Shown piece after piece: positions 40,238-52,412 of a DNA stretch of 64,000 nt. The DNA is from Eledone cirrhosa (taxonomy: Eukaryota), in assembly GCA_964016885.1 (NCBI GenBank), contig OZ024740.1:394630001-394694000 (forward strand), given 5' to 3'. The first letter of the stretch is position 1, and the number at the start of each line of letters is the position of its first letter. A model generated the notes under the pieces. It made no database searches. It had not been told where the DNA came from and worked only from the letters and a program-made list of their open reading frames with translations. The translations under genes and the position numbers were made by a program.

Positions 40238-41537
40238 TCTCTCTCTCTTTGGGTTGTACTTGCAATTTAAAACTTCGGGTTTGTCATATTTTGTCACGCT
40301 TGTTCAGCCTGAGAATTTCGCTGCCTGTGGAATATTCAGCTACTTAGTAGAAACTTAAATAATCAAACAACAGAATGTTCATCGTCGTGACATGCTGAAC
40401 ATTCAATTTGTGTTTAAAGGTACATTATCTAATATGTGTTTTATTTTGTGAAGATGGTATGGAGTTATTTGAGGACAATTTAGCTTATATCTTTAGCAGA
40501 CTGAGTGACCAAGTAGAAACTGCCTTGTTTCTAAGTGCTCTGTGTTCAAATGCCGCCGAGGTCATTTTTGCGCAGTTTATTGTATTTAGTTCGTTCTAAT
40601 ATTGCTCTGCAGAACGATGGTGTTAGTCTCTGCTGCTATGTTCCAATGTATCCCAATTTTTTTATATACCCACTTAGCTTTTTTTTTTTCAATCGTTGCA
40701 TTTTTATATGAACTTGTCTCTAGTGGAAATAAAACTGTCATTACAAACAATGCAGACCTGTCAACTCTCCCCGTCCGACGGGGAGATTTCCCACCCACTT
40801 TAGGGTGGATGAGAGATATCTACTCTTGTGAAAGTGTGTATAGCTTTCATTATGTGAAATCTCCTAATTTTGCCACATTTCTCCCCATTTTGAAGCACTC
40901 TTCTTCATGCTATTCCCCGTTTGGGTTTTTACAGGTTGGCAGGTCTGACAATATCCTAATAGATTTGACCAGTAGATCCGGAAATTAAATACAAATTAAT
41001 TTACGTCTTTTTTTTTTTTTTCTACGTTTAGAGTTCAAATCTTGTTGAAGTAGTCATCGATAAATGAAATAGACTAAAAAAAATTGGATGCACGCCCCCA
41101 CACAAAGAAAAAACGCTTTGACTGTCTTATAAATTGTTACTAGAAATATTTAGAAGAAATATTAATTGCAGTATTAGTACTATTATTTGTTAGTAGCGGC
41201 TGTATGTGTTAATCGTGTAGTACTAGTTGAAATCTAACAGTTGTCATAATAATTATTGTTACTGTTATATTGAGTATAGCTGTATAATATATATTCAAAA
41301 TACGTGCATAATTTAGTAAATGGTTGCTAAATCGTTGTTAGACAAGTATAATTTTCTCCTATTATTTCAATGAACTTTGTATATATATATATTTATATCC
41401 TCCTCAAGCAGAAGGTAATTTTTGTCGAGGAAGAAAATAGTTTCATTTGTTATCAAACCTGGCAGATTGAAAGGGAATTTTTAATTCCCAACGCAGAGCG
41501 ATTAAAGAAATTAAAAGAAAGGTCGAGTACTTCAGTG

Positions 41538-41807
41538 CAATGATTCTCAATCTCGTTGGCTGCATGGCGCACTGGAAAATTTCAGCTATACATTTCTCAT
41601 GGAAACTTAATATAAAAATGTCTGAAAATTACAAAGTCAAGGAAGAATATTCGAAACTATTGCATACATGTATATACAAATTACTAAAGCACGCGTTTCG
41701 CAAGACACCCAAGCAGTAGTATCGATGTTCTGACGTCTTAAATTCTATTTTGTTAATCTGTGGTACACCTAGTTACCTCTTGCAGCGTACCGTTTACGAA
41801 ACCACTG
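41538..41807. mobile_element. Possible old hAT/Charlie-like MITE
   Basis: Ends CAATGATTCTCAA ... TTACGAAACCACTG resemble degenerate CAGTGGTTCTCAA terminal inverted repeats. Confidence 0.35.
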
Positions 41808-43126
41808 CTTCAGTGGAAAAGCAGAATGGAATATTTAGCATTAATTATGTAATCGAGGTGAAATTGCCTCACCTAGATCTCTAAGAACCACTCGTCCTAA
41901 TAACAGCTTATTTCTTGTTCTATAGAGGGTTTTATGGTTTGGCACTAAAACTAAATATTAGAAAGTATATACTCGATACTCTACTTTTATAGGTAACCTT
42001 CACTAAGCTTGAAAATAATTAGGTGTTTATGATTAGTGGAAAGCGTAACGTGAGACATTAATTTCTATTGAAGTATCATTAAGATATTGTATAGACAAAA
42101 AAGTCTTAATTACCAACCAATTCACCTCCTCTTAATCAGAGTTATGTATCCCCTGACGATTAGATTTATTGACCAAACTCATACACTAGTGTGTACGCAC
42201 GCACACGTACGCACAAGCACACACTCGCATATATACTGACATCAATATATATATACACAAGTGTTGCAAGTGATCTCTTTTAAGTAGTATATTCATCGGT
42301 TATTTTTAACGGCGAATACAAACATCACACAGACCTAAACAACAACAAGTATGAATATCTCTAGAATGTTCCCAGAAGGGCTAGCGGTAAGCCTTGCAGT
42401 TAGATCTAGTTTCGAGAATTCAAATTCTATGAGACATCAGATCATTATTCATTAAAACAGTCACCTGATATAGAGCCGTGTAAATTAGTATTCATAGTAT
42501 TCATACCTAGCAACACATGCCTGGGTTTACAAAATATAGCTAAAGCCAATCATTTATTAATTTGTTATGATTAGCATATCTCTGCATCACTGAAAATTAG
42601 GTTTGTCGAATCATTTCTGTCACATTATTGGAAAATAATGTCCATCTAATTCCTTCCCAAGCATTTCGTCAATCGCAGTTAGGACTCGAAAAGTAAAAAC
42701 TGATCATTTTACGTAAAAGAGGCTTTTCAAATGCTGTTGCTCAAATCAGTATGGATTGTAACCATATCTCCATTTAAACAGTCTATCATCTGAATAAAGG
42801 TGAAACACCAGCGTATGTTATTAACACTTCCACATCTTTGCCCATCTAGTATAAAAGTCTTTCATCTATTTGAAAACTTTACTCTGCTGCATCCTCATAG
42901 ATGTTTCATAATTACTTATGTCAATTTTTCCTCTACTCTTCTGGGATTCCGTTTTTATTTTATTTTTTGCTAATGAAGAATATTAACTGCATCGATTTCA
43001 CCATTTTGGGAAAGCTTACAAAAGTGAGGGGCGCAATTTCTTTTCTGAATGAGAAATTAATACCATATTAGCAACTGCAAAACTTATATTATTATTGATT
43101 TGTTTTGCACTTGGGCACTCAAGCAT

Positions 43127-43224
<98 letters not shown>

Positions 43225-43225
<1 letters not shown>

Positions 43226-43632
43226 AACAAGAAGTGTAAGTCAACGGGTTAAAATTAGCTTCGTTTATTGATATTCACTGTTATGTATATTTCAGTAATA
43301 GCCATTATTCAACAGCTATGACCTCATCAGGCAGTAAGAACTTGAACAGCAAAAACAGGAAAACATAATGTTGTGATAGATTTTACCTTGTTAATCCATT
43401 GATATTTTCAGATCTAGAGTGTGGTGTTAGACCTCTAAGGAACTGAAAGCATATGATTTAGAATGAACGAATTTCAGCGTCCAAAGGAATATGAATAAAC
43501 GAAGCTTATTTTAGCCTGTTGACTTACATTTCTTGTTTTTACATTACTCCAGAGTAAACAGACCAGCCTGCGCACTTCGTTGAATGCTCCAACCTGCATA
43601 CTGAGGTGTCGGTAAACAACCAACACATGCTC

Positions 43633-43640
<8 letters not shown>
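43225..43640. mobile_element. PLE-type fold-back (arms 43225-43276 / 43487-43540) with degenerate hammerhead at 43278-43334 (-)
   Basis: Inverted 50-bp arms. CTGATGA-GGTCATAGC..GCTATTACT-GAAA. (TA)n on both sides. Confidence 0.7.
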
Positions 43641-43694
<54 letters not shown>

Positions 43695-44570
43695 TGGCGG
43701 ACTGGATCTAAAAATATTAGTTGCCAGAAGTGAAGGGGGCCCACCTACATATAGAATGCTATCATTTAATTTTTATAGCGAATAAATAACATTTTCGAAA
43801 AATACGTAAGTGGAAACAAAACAGTGCAATCAAATGTTTGCGGAAAAATATCTTACGTTCTCCGATAAAAGTTATTATGTGTCTTGCGAAATCCAGAGAC
43901 TTGCAATAATTACCAGAAGTTGACCCTAAATATTACTAATAGCTCTAGGAATGCCTTGAACGACACCACATATTTTTAGCTTTGATTTTGAAAGTAGGTT
44001 TATAATTATCAATTTTCACGGTACTTTTGTAGCTGTCTCGGTGTGGCCTAGTTGGAGGAATCATAGACTGTGGAAATCCAGATCAGAAGTTCGATCCTGG
44101 TCGGGTGCAGGATTCCCGGTAAAGCTTTTCCATTTTTTTTCTGTGTTGTAAAATCAAAATTTGACCAGGATTGAAACCAAGGTCAGGATCTCCACCGTCT
44201 CTAGTACCTACCGCTAGGCCACAGAGAGAACTACGAAAATCTTATGAAAATTCATACTTATAAACCTACTTTCAAAATTTTCAAAAGAAAGTGTTGCAGT
44301 CTCGTTCATGTCTTTCTTAATGTTATTGCTCCCGCTTAAGGTCGACTTCTAAATCATTTGGGTGTTCCATAAACTATATCCTCGATTTGTTTCACATCTC
44401 TCTAGACTATATTTTAACCTTTAATCCATGTTACGTTTCTGTTGCACCTCATTTCTCCCCATCCTCTTTCTCTTTCTCTCTGCGATATTTGAATCTACTA
44501 TGATTTGGGCTTACCTTATTCATATATATATGTTTTTGCATGTCAGATCCAAACTTACAATGATTGGCAT

Positions 44571-44597
<27 letters not shown>

Positions 44598-44601
<4 letters not shown>

Positions 44602-44885
44602 GGTGTTGGATGCTGAAAGCGTCCGTATGAGGTAGGCCGTATGAACACCCAATGTCCTCGTAGAGCAGAGTATGATATCACAGAAAAAAGACGATCAGTG
44701 TTGCGACGAAAGGAATTTATTGGACATATTACAATTGGTTCTCGGGCGAACAGCTCGAGGCACGATCGATAAGGTGATCAAACCTGACTCTGAAATCACG
44801 CGGTCGTCGGATACGTCTCGATTCTACAAAGCAGATTTTCCTAATTCCTTTCGTCACAACACTGATTCTCTTTTTTCTGTGATAT
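44598..44885 (-). mobile_element. Short PLE-type fold-back (arms 44674-44716 / 44843-44885) between (TA)n tracts
   Basis: Inverted 43-bp arms. Minus strand CGTAT-CCGACGA...GAACCAATTGTA-ATATG. Confidence 0.7.
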
Positions 44886-44952
44886 ATATATATATATATA
44901 TTATTTGTTTGCTAAAATAATCAAATTATTCAATAGTTAAACACATATAGGA

Positions 44953-45147
44953 ATAATAATTGTTTCTACTATTGGCACAAGGCCAGCAAATATCCAGTAC
45001 ATTACTGGTACTTTATTTTATCGACCCCGTAAGGATGAAAGGCAAAGTTAACCTCGGCGGGATTTGAACTCAGAATGGCAAGGGCCGTAACTCTATGCGT
45101 CAAAGCATGGCGTCTGACCCTCTACCGATACTGCCAATTCACCGCCC
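44953..45147 (-). mobile_element. SINE family 1
   Basis: Matches the family consensus. Confidence 0.85.
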
Positions 45148-45759
45148 GTGTGATATAAGAATAATAATGTTGTTACCAAAGAGCCAGAAAATTGATAAGT
45201 CAACCCTAAATATTACTAATAGCTCGAGGAAAGCCCTGAACGACACCACATCTTTTTAACTTTGATTTTGATAGTAGGTTTATAATTATTAATTTTCATC
45301 ATACTATTGTAGCTGTCTCGGTGGCATAGACGGTGGTGATCCTGTTCTGAAGTTCGATCCTGGTCGGGAGTAGGGTTACATGTAAACCTTTTCAGTTTTT
45401 TTCTATTGGTTGTAAAATAAAAACTGAAAAAGATTACATGTACTTCTTGACAAGGATTGAACCCAAGGGCAGGGTCTCCACCGTTTCTAGTACCTACCAC
45501 TAAGGCACAGAGACAGCTATGAAAATATTATGAAAATATTATGAAAATTCATACTTATAAACCTTTTTTCAAAATGTTCAAAACAAAATGATGTGGTGTC
45601 GTTCATGTCTTTCTTAATTTTATTGCTCCTACTTAAGGTCGACTTCTAAATCATTTGGGTGTTCCATAAACTACATCCTCGTTTTGTTTCTCATCTATCT
45701 AGACTACATTTTAACCTGTAATCCATGTTTTATTTCTGTTCCACCTCATCTCTCCCCAT

Positions 45760-45845
<86 letters not shown>

Positions 45846-46216
45846 CCTCTCTCTCTCTCTCTTTCTTTCTTTCTCTGTGATATTTGAATCTCCTACGATT
45901 TGGGCTTACCTTATTCCTATATATATGTTTTTGCATGTCAGTGAGATTCAAACTTACAATGATTGGCATTATATACAGTGGCGGACTACGTATAAGTATA
46001 TTGGTTGCCAGATGAAGGGGGCCCACCTACATATAGAATGCTATCATTTAATTTTTATAACGAATAAATAACATTTTCGAAAAATACATAAGTGGAAACA
46101 AAACAGTGCAATCAAATTTTTGCGGAAAAATATCTTACCTCCTCCAATAAAAAATATTATGTATTTTGCGAAATACAGAGACGTGCAATAATGACCATTG
46201 GTCTTTCACACTCACT

Positions 46217-46286
<70 letters not shown>

Positions 46287-46584
46287 TGGCTGCCAACTCG
46301 TTTTCGAGTACGGCCACTACTTTATATCCATGTACGAGAACCCCTACCGATGCGCTGAACGAGTGTGACGTTTTAGTCCAACCTTTTTAGTCCAACCTGC
46401 GACAATTATTGACACATAGTGCTGGGCCCATGGTACCATGTGACGACAAGTGCAGAGAGATCTCCAGATATAAAGCAATGCCTGTGCCGTGAAGCTTTTA
46501 TAGTGAGCAAAGGCACTGCACAAAGCCAGTCCCACTCTCTTAACCAAGATGATATTTACCAAAAAGAAGAACAAGTCAACATCA

Positions 46585-46854
46585 TTGGATACCATCAGGG
46601 TTGCAGGTGTTATATCAGAGTTTTCCTTCTCCTAGAATTCTGCTTGACAAAGGCTAAGGGGTCATCTCTTCCGGTGATTTTGGATGGCCATTGACTCTTA
46701 AGAGCTCCTTTGCCCTTTGACAGGTTTTGTTTTTAGTCCTGCAGGATGTCCAAAGTCACCCTCCTCACCAAGAAACCTTGGTGGGGTTGCCAGTTTAGTC
46801 GCCAGCGACCCGACCATGAGACAGGTTGTACTGGGATACATGTTACCAGTAGCA

Positions 46855-46858
<4 letters not shown>
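46585..46858 (-). mobile_element. RTE-like 5' UTR fragment
   Basis: Minus strand CTAGGAGAAGGAAAACTCTGA motif, which resembles RTE 5' regions as I recall them. Bounded by (TA)n. Confidence 0.45.
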
Positions 46859-46889
<31 letters not shown>

Positions 46890-48607
46890 TGTGTAAGTTA
46901 TATATATATATATATATATATATATGCTTGTGTCTCTGTGTCTATATATGTATGTTTGCATGCACTAAGCTTTAAATTTAGTAGAATGAATACACTAAGC
47001 TTTAGATATAGTAGAATATTCAACCACTGATTCCAGCTATTTGCACTATCATATATTTGGGTTTCTCGTAATTCCCTTGGGAATTGGTTGACCAAATGCT
47101 TTGCTTAATTGTTTTATTCATTTAAAAAATAGCATTGGCCCCTAAAATTATACAGTGGGCCCTGCAAGGGTGCTGTGGGCTCCCAGAATATTACCGTGGG
47201 CCTCCTGGGGTCCACTTGCCTTTGGGCAACCTGGCAACTTGGCCAGTCCGCCACTGTATATAGATATATATAAATATATATAGTGCCATTGCCTATCTCG
47301 GCCGTTTTACGGCTGGTAAATCAAACGCCTCTACAGGTCTGACTCCAGACGATTTCTTCCAAAGTGAAGCCGAACGAATATTAGAAACAAGATAAAATCT
47401 ATCAAATTTAGTACATAATACTCTCTGGTATTTTTAGAGTTTCAGTAATTATATCATTATAACTATATGATTAAGTAATGAATTATAACATTTTGAATAA
47501 CGTTGCTTAGTATGGTCGAGTGCATACTTACCAATTTATAAAATTAGAAATGCTTAGTTTCCGATTAATTATACTAATCCCGATTTTTCGTCTCCTTCTC
47601 AAGTACACATTCATATTTTGAAACAGGTCATACACACACCTCTTCTCTTTCCTTCTCACACTCACACACCCACACACTCACTCTCTCTTACTCACGTACA
47701 CAGATACACACGAAAATATACATTCATACGCGCGCAATACACACACATACACACCTACCATGAATTTGTTTTCTACCCTCTAGCATTATATTTTTATTTA
47801 TGCAAAATAGAAAAAGAATATGCTGTGTCTAAAATTAATTATGTTTAGGTGTGTGCGTTCCACATGAACAGATTAAGTCTTTCTATAAAAGAGGAATCTA
47901 AACTCCTAAAGTAATGGTGTGTCGGAATTAATGCAATTTGCAAAATATAATTTCGTGTGCTGTGAGAAGTGACTTCAGAAGTTTCTTGAAAAGGAAAACG
48001 GGTACTTGTGCTGCAATGGATATGGCGGATTAATATTATCGAAAGTGTAACCTTGGGTTAATTATGCATTGCCTTATATTTTCCTGTGTCATATATGATT
48101 TCAATAGCTTTCTTTGACATTTTTCGTTTGCAAAATCCAGAATAATGAATATTATAATGATATGCAAATGACTGATCAATACAAAAGCGTACTTCTTCAT
48201 AACAGCTTTCACGTGAGATGTTGATCGTCCGCCATGTTTTTGGTTTCGTGACTAAATATCACTTCTATCTACTTTTCCTATCCCAGAGGTGGCCTTTTCT
48301 CTTAATGTTTTCAATTGGATGACGTGCATTTCATGTTGGCGCATTCAAATTGTTTTGTATTTTTTTATAGAGAATTTAATTTTCTATATAAAATTACTTA
48401 TTCTATTTACAAAAGTTAAAAAGAAAGAAATACATGAAACGTATCTCTTGACAATGAAGATTATCTGAAACAAGAGTGAATGCCTGAGTATCAATTACAA
48501 TAGGAAATATACCAAACATAAATTGTAGATTTTATTTTTTTAAAACTTCTTTTCCTAAACTTCTTTCACACTACCCATACGTCTGTCTCTTCTCTCCTTA
48601 TCCGAAC

Positions 48608-48642
48608 TTTCCTGAAGAAGGACTTCTGTCTGAAACATTGAA
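48608..48642 (+). ncRNA. Degenerate minimal hammerhead motif
   Basis: TTC-CTGAAGA-AGGAC(TTCT)GTCT-GAAACATT-GAA. Same layout as 35267, with probable CpG decay. Confidence 0.5.
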
Positions 48643-48807
48643 CCTTCCTCCACTTCCTCCAAGCATGAACCTAATATAATTATGTAATCTTTCTTCCTGT
48701 GTTTGTTTGTTTCATTTATTAACTATACAAGTACATGCTTGTGTATTCGTTTGTAAAACCGAATTGAATTACACGCACATCTCTCCCTCTCTCTGTATTT
48801 TTTTTCG

Positions 48808-48906
<99 letters not shown>

Positions 48907-50499
48907 GGAAGAAATAAATAAATAAAAATACATCATTTATTAAATCCTGCACATGTTTCTGCAAGAAAACTCGCTTGACCGACTGCATAACTTTATACTG
49001 GTTGTAAGACATACAATATGTGACTCAAGATATAACTAACTTCATCAGGGTATATTTAGAAAATGATAACGGTTTCAGAAACATCAACTTACTAAAGAAT
49101 TTAGATGAAAACATCACATGAATAAACACTATAAATATAAAAACAATAATAAAAATAAAAATAAAACCGTCTTTACAACAGTTGCCTGTCTACTATGTTA
49201 TATTTGCCAATACGTTGTAGCTTAATATTTATAGAATATATAATATATTTCGAAACAAGATCGGAAACCCAAAACCGAAAGCGAACGTTAACTTATCGAA
49301 TACTGTATGCAAATAAGTCACACTGCTGTTTACATTAAGAGAAATAAACTAATACGAAAACTAATACACTTTGGCTTCTGTTCAAATAATGTTTAATGGG
49401 TATTGATAGATATCAGATGGCACTTAGTAAGCAATAATACACTCTGATATGAATTCCTACGAATTCTCTAAAGACATGTAGTTTACATTAATATATCAAT
49501 ATCAATACTGATTATACGTAGATTTTGTAGATCGAACTGTTGTCATTGGCATTACATAGAGCAGACCTTGCTCTGTTTCTTTATTCTTGGCTTTTAGTTG
49601 AGATAGGGGTGAGAATTTGTGAGCTTCTAATGGACGGGGAAGAACAACAGGGGTTTTTCGAAAATAGCGCAGATATCTAGGAATTTTGGAAAGATTTCAG
49701 AGGCTATTGAATTGAAATTTACTGCAGGGTGGAATTAGTAAGTTTAAGACATGATACGATAAAGTTACCGAGCAAAATATATTGCCGAAACGTAGACCAA
49801 CAAATGGTTGAGTAAATTAGGCTCATCTTAGAACTCCTAACGATCTTCTTGAACTGTTTGTAAGTCTCACCAGATAAAGAGAAGTAGCTGGTGGAGGAAT
49901 ATTGTATTTTGCATACTGTAAGGACGGTTATATAGGAAGTTTTGAATTGCAAAAATACCGTCGTTGTACAGATTAATTATGCGTAAACAGTGAATAGAAA
50001 TCTGGAATGTTCTGGAGTCAAAAGAGAACGAAGTAAAGAGATTTAAGGTACTGTTGATGTTTTTTTTTTCGTGTAAAAAAACCCCATATTAACCAATGTA
50101 TCGTTTCTTTAGATGGTAAGGTGTAATTTAAGTCAGATTAGGTTGCAATTTCTAGAAGGTCGATCGACAAGCTAGAAAATGTCGTTGACTTGTCCTTGAT
50201 GAGTATTAGTAAGTGGACACGAGAGGTGACTGGAGTTGACCAGGATGCCCGAGGAGGAATTTGGTGAGACGGTTATTGGTGTACAATGTATGTATGTACA
50301 AACACACACACTCACGCACACATACTCACACACACACATATATATATACATACATACACACATACATAAACCTTTCGTGTAACTAGTTCTTTTGCCTCCA
50401 CACCAGAGTCGTAGTAACTACTCTGCCTATTCCTTCACAGAACATGTACTTAATTTCCCCCTACCGATACCCCTCTCTCTCTCTCGCTCTCTCTCTCTC

Positions 50500-50606
<107 letters not shown>

Positions 50607-51290
50607 CAAATGTTTCAGATAGATCACTGCCCAAGTAAATTGTCCCCAGTTGATCATGTTTCTCTCACCAAAGCAATAATAAAAACATAAAAATAACTAT
50701 GGTCATTACCCCTTCATTATGTCCACCTTTACCTCTTCCTACCACTTAAAAAACTAATGAATAAACAAGTAGCCTATCCTCCTACCTCCCTCATGTCCCA
50801 TTCTTTAACAATAATCGCACTCTTATTGTTGATATCCCTTCTGGCACTTTCAATCATTCGTTCTCACCTAGTCATTCTTCATTCATTTATTTATTCAATA
50901 TAGTAGAACTTTCAACCCACCTAAACTATTTATTGTTGCTCCCTATTTTAAGGTGACTATTCAATCTTTCTTCTTCGGGAAATCATAATCTACCCATTTA
51001 TTTTCAAACGTCTCTCCTTCTCTTCTGTCTTTGCTTTTTTTATTCTATCTGCATCACTTCACTCCCACCTCCTATACAGACACACATTCACACACGCACT
51101 TTCACTCACAGTAATTCATCACACAAGCCTTCATTCACTCAAGCCTCTGGCTTCTACACTTAACCGAACTTTTAAAATCATTATTTATTGTATTCAGCCA
51201 GTCTCCGATTATATACCATTCACATAACTTATTTGTAAATTATACATAAACACATACATAGATGGATATACATATACAAGCACACGTATA

Positions 51291-51341
<51 letters not shown>

Positions 51342-51524
51342 AAAATCGCTTCACATCTAGTCGATTTAACCGTTGCCTGTGACACTATTTCTAGCTTCTT
51401 GTCCTGTCATTTTCTCTCTCTCTCTCGCTCTCTTCAGGTATTGTTCAATGTATTAAATGAGTGTATAGTGCTTGAGAAATTTGAAGCATCAATCCAAACA
51501 AGAGCGTCACACACACACACACAC

Positions 51525-51632
<108 letters not shown>

Positions 51633-52021
51633 TGTAAAAACAGTTTGCCAGAGAATAATAAAAGGTATGAAAATGGAAACCAGAAATAGAGAATAAGAAA
51701 GAGGAATAAAAGGGAGTATTGACGTTGTTGCTTTGGTTGTTGTTGTTGTTGTTCTTCTTCTTCTTCTTCTTCTTCTTCTTCTTCTTGTATTTCCCCACCA
51801 TCATCATCATCTTTGTCTCGCTCCACATTTTGCCATCTTTTACTTTTGGTGTTTTATAACAAATTAGTGTTTTCTTTTCCCTTTACGCCCCTATGTCTCT
51901 CTCTTTCTCTCTCTCTCACACACACACATACACACGCGCGCGCGCGCCACACTCACTCTCTCTCATACACATACTCTCTCTCTCATTCTCTGATGAAGAT
52001 GATCATTATTCTGGCAAAGAA

Positions 52022-52245
52022 GGGCGGTGAATTGGCACTATCAGTAGAGAATCAGATACCATGCTATTGATGCATTGAGTTACGCCCCTTTGCGGTCTGA
52101 GTTCAAATCCCGCCGAGGTTCACGTTGCCATTCATCCTTACGAGGTCGATAAAATAAAGTACCAGTAACGTGCTAGGGTCGATTTAATCGACTTTCCTCT
52201 CCCCCCACCAAAACAGAATGTTGGGCTTGGGCCTATACTAGACAT
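52022..52245 (+). mobile_element. SINE family 1
   Basis: Matches the family consensus. Confidence 0.8.
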
Positions 52246-52412
52246 CATGATATTCTGGCAAAGGTAACAGCTACAACGACAATGGTGAAAACAACAACAA
52301 CAACAATAAGCAGAGGTAAAAAGGACAGAAGATCAATTTTTTTACTGTTTTTTTCGTTCTTTATTTCATTTTATTTTTATTGGTCGTCTAGTTTCGTCAA
52401 CGTCTTTCTACA

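Larger units (their letters stand above)
43692..47256. mobile_element. Composite non-autonomous hAT-like DNA transposon
   Basis: 14-bp TIRs CAGTGGCGGACTGG / CCAGTCCGCCACTG within TA repeats. A second left end lies at 45976. Subterminal GGGCCC repeats. Confidence 0.7.

Noticed and set aside
48945-49052. Minus-strand CTGATGA...GAAACATGT hammerhead candidate
   Set aside because: Stems I and II could not be paired convincingly. Possibly a decayed pLTR.
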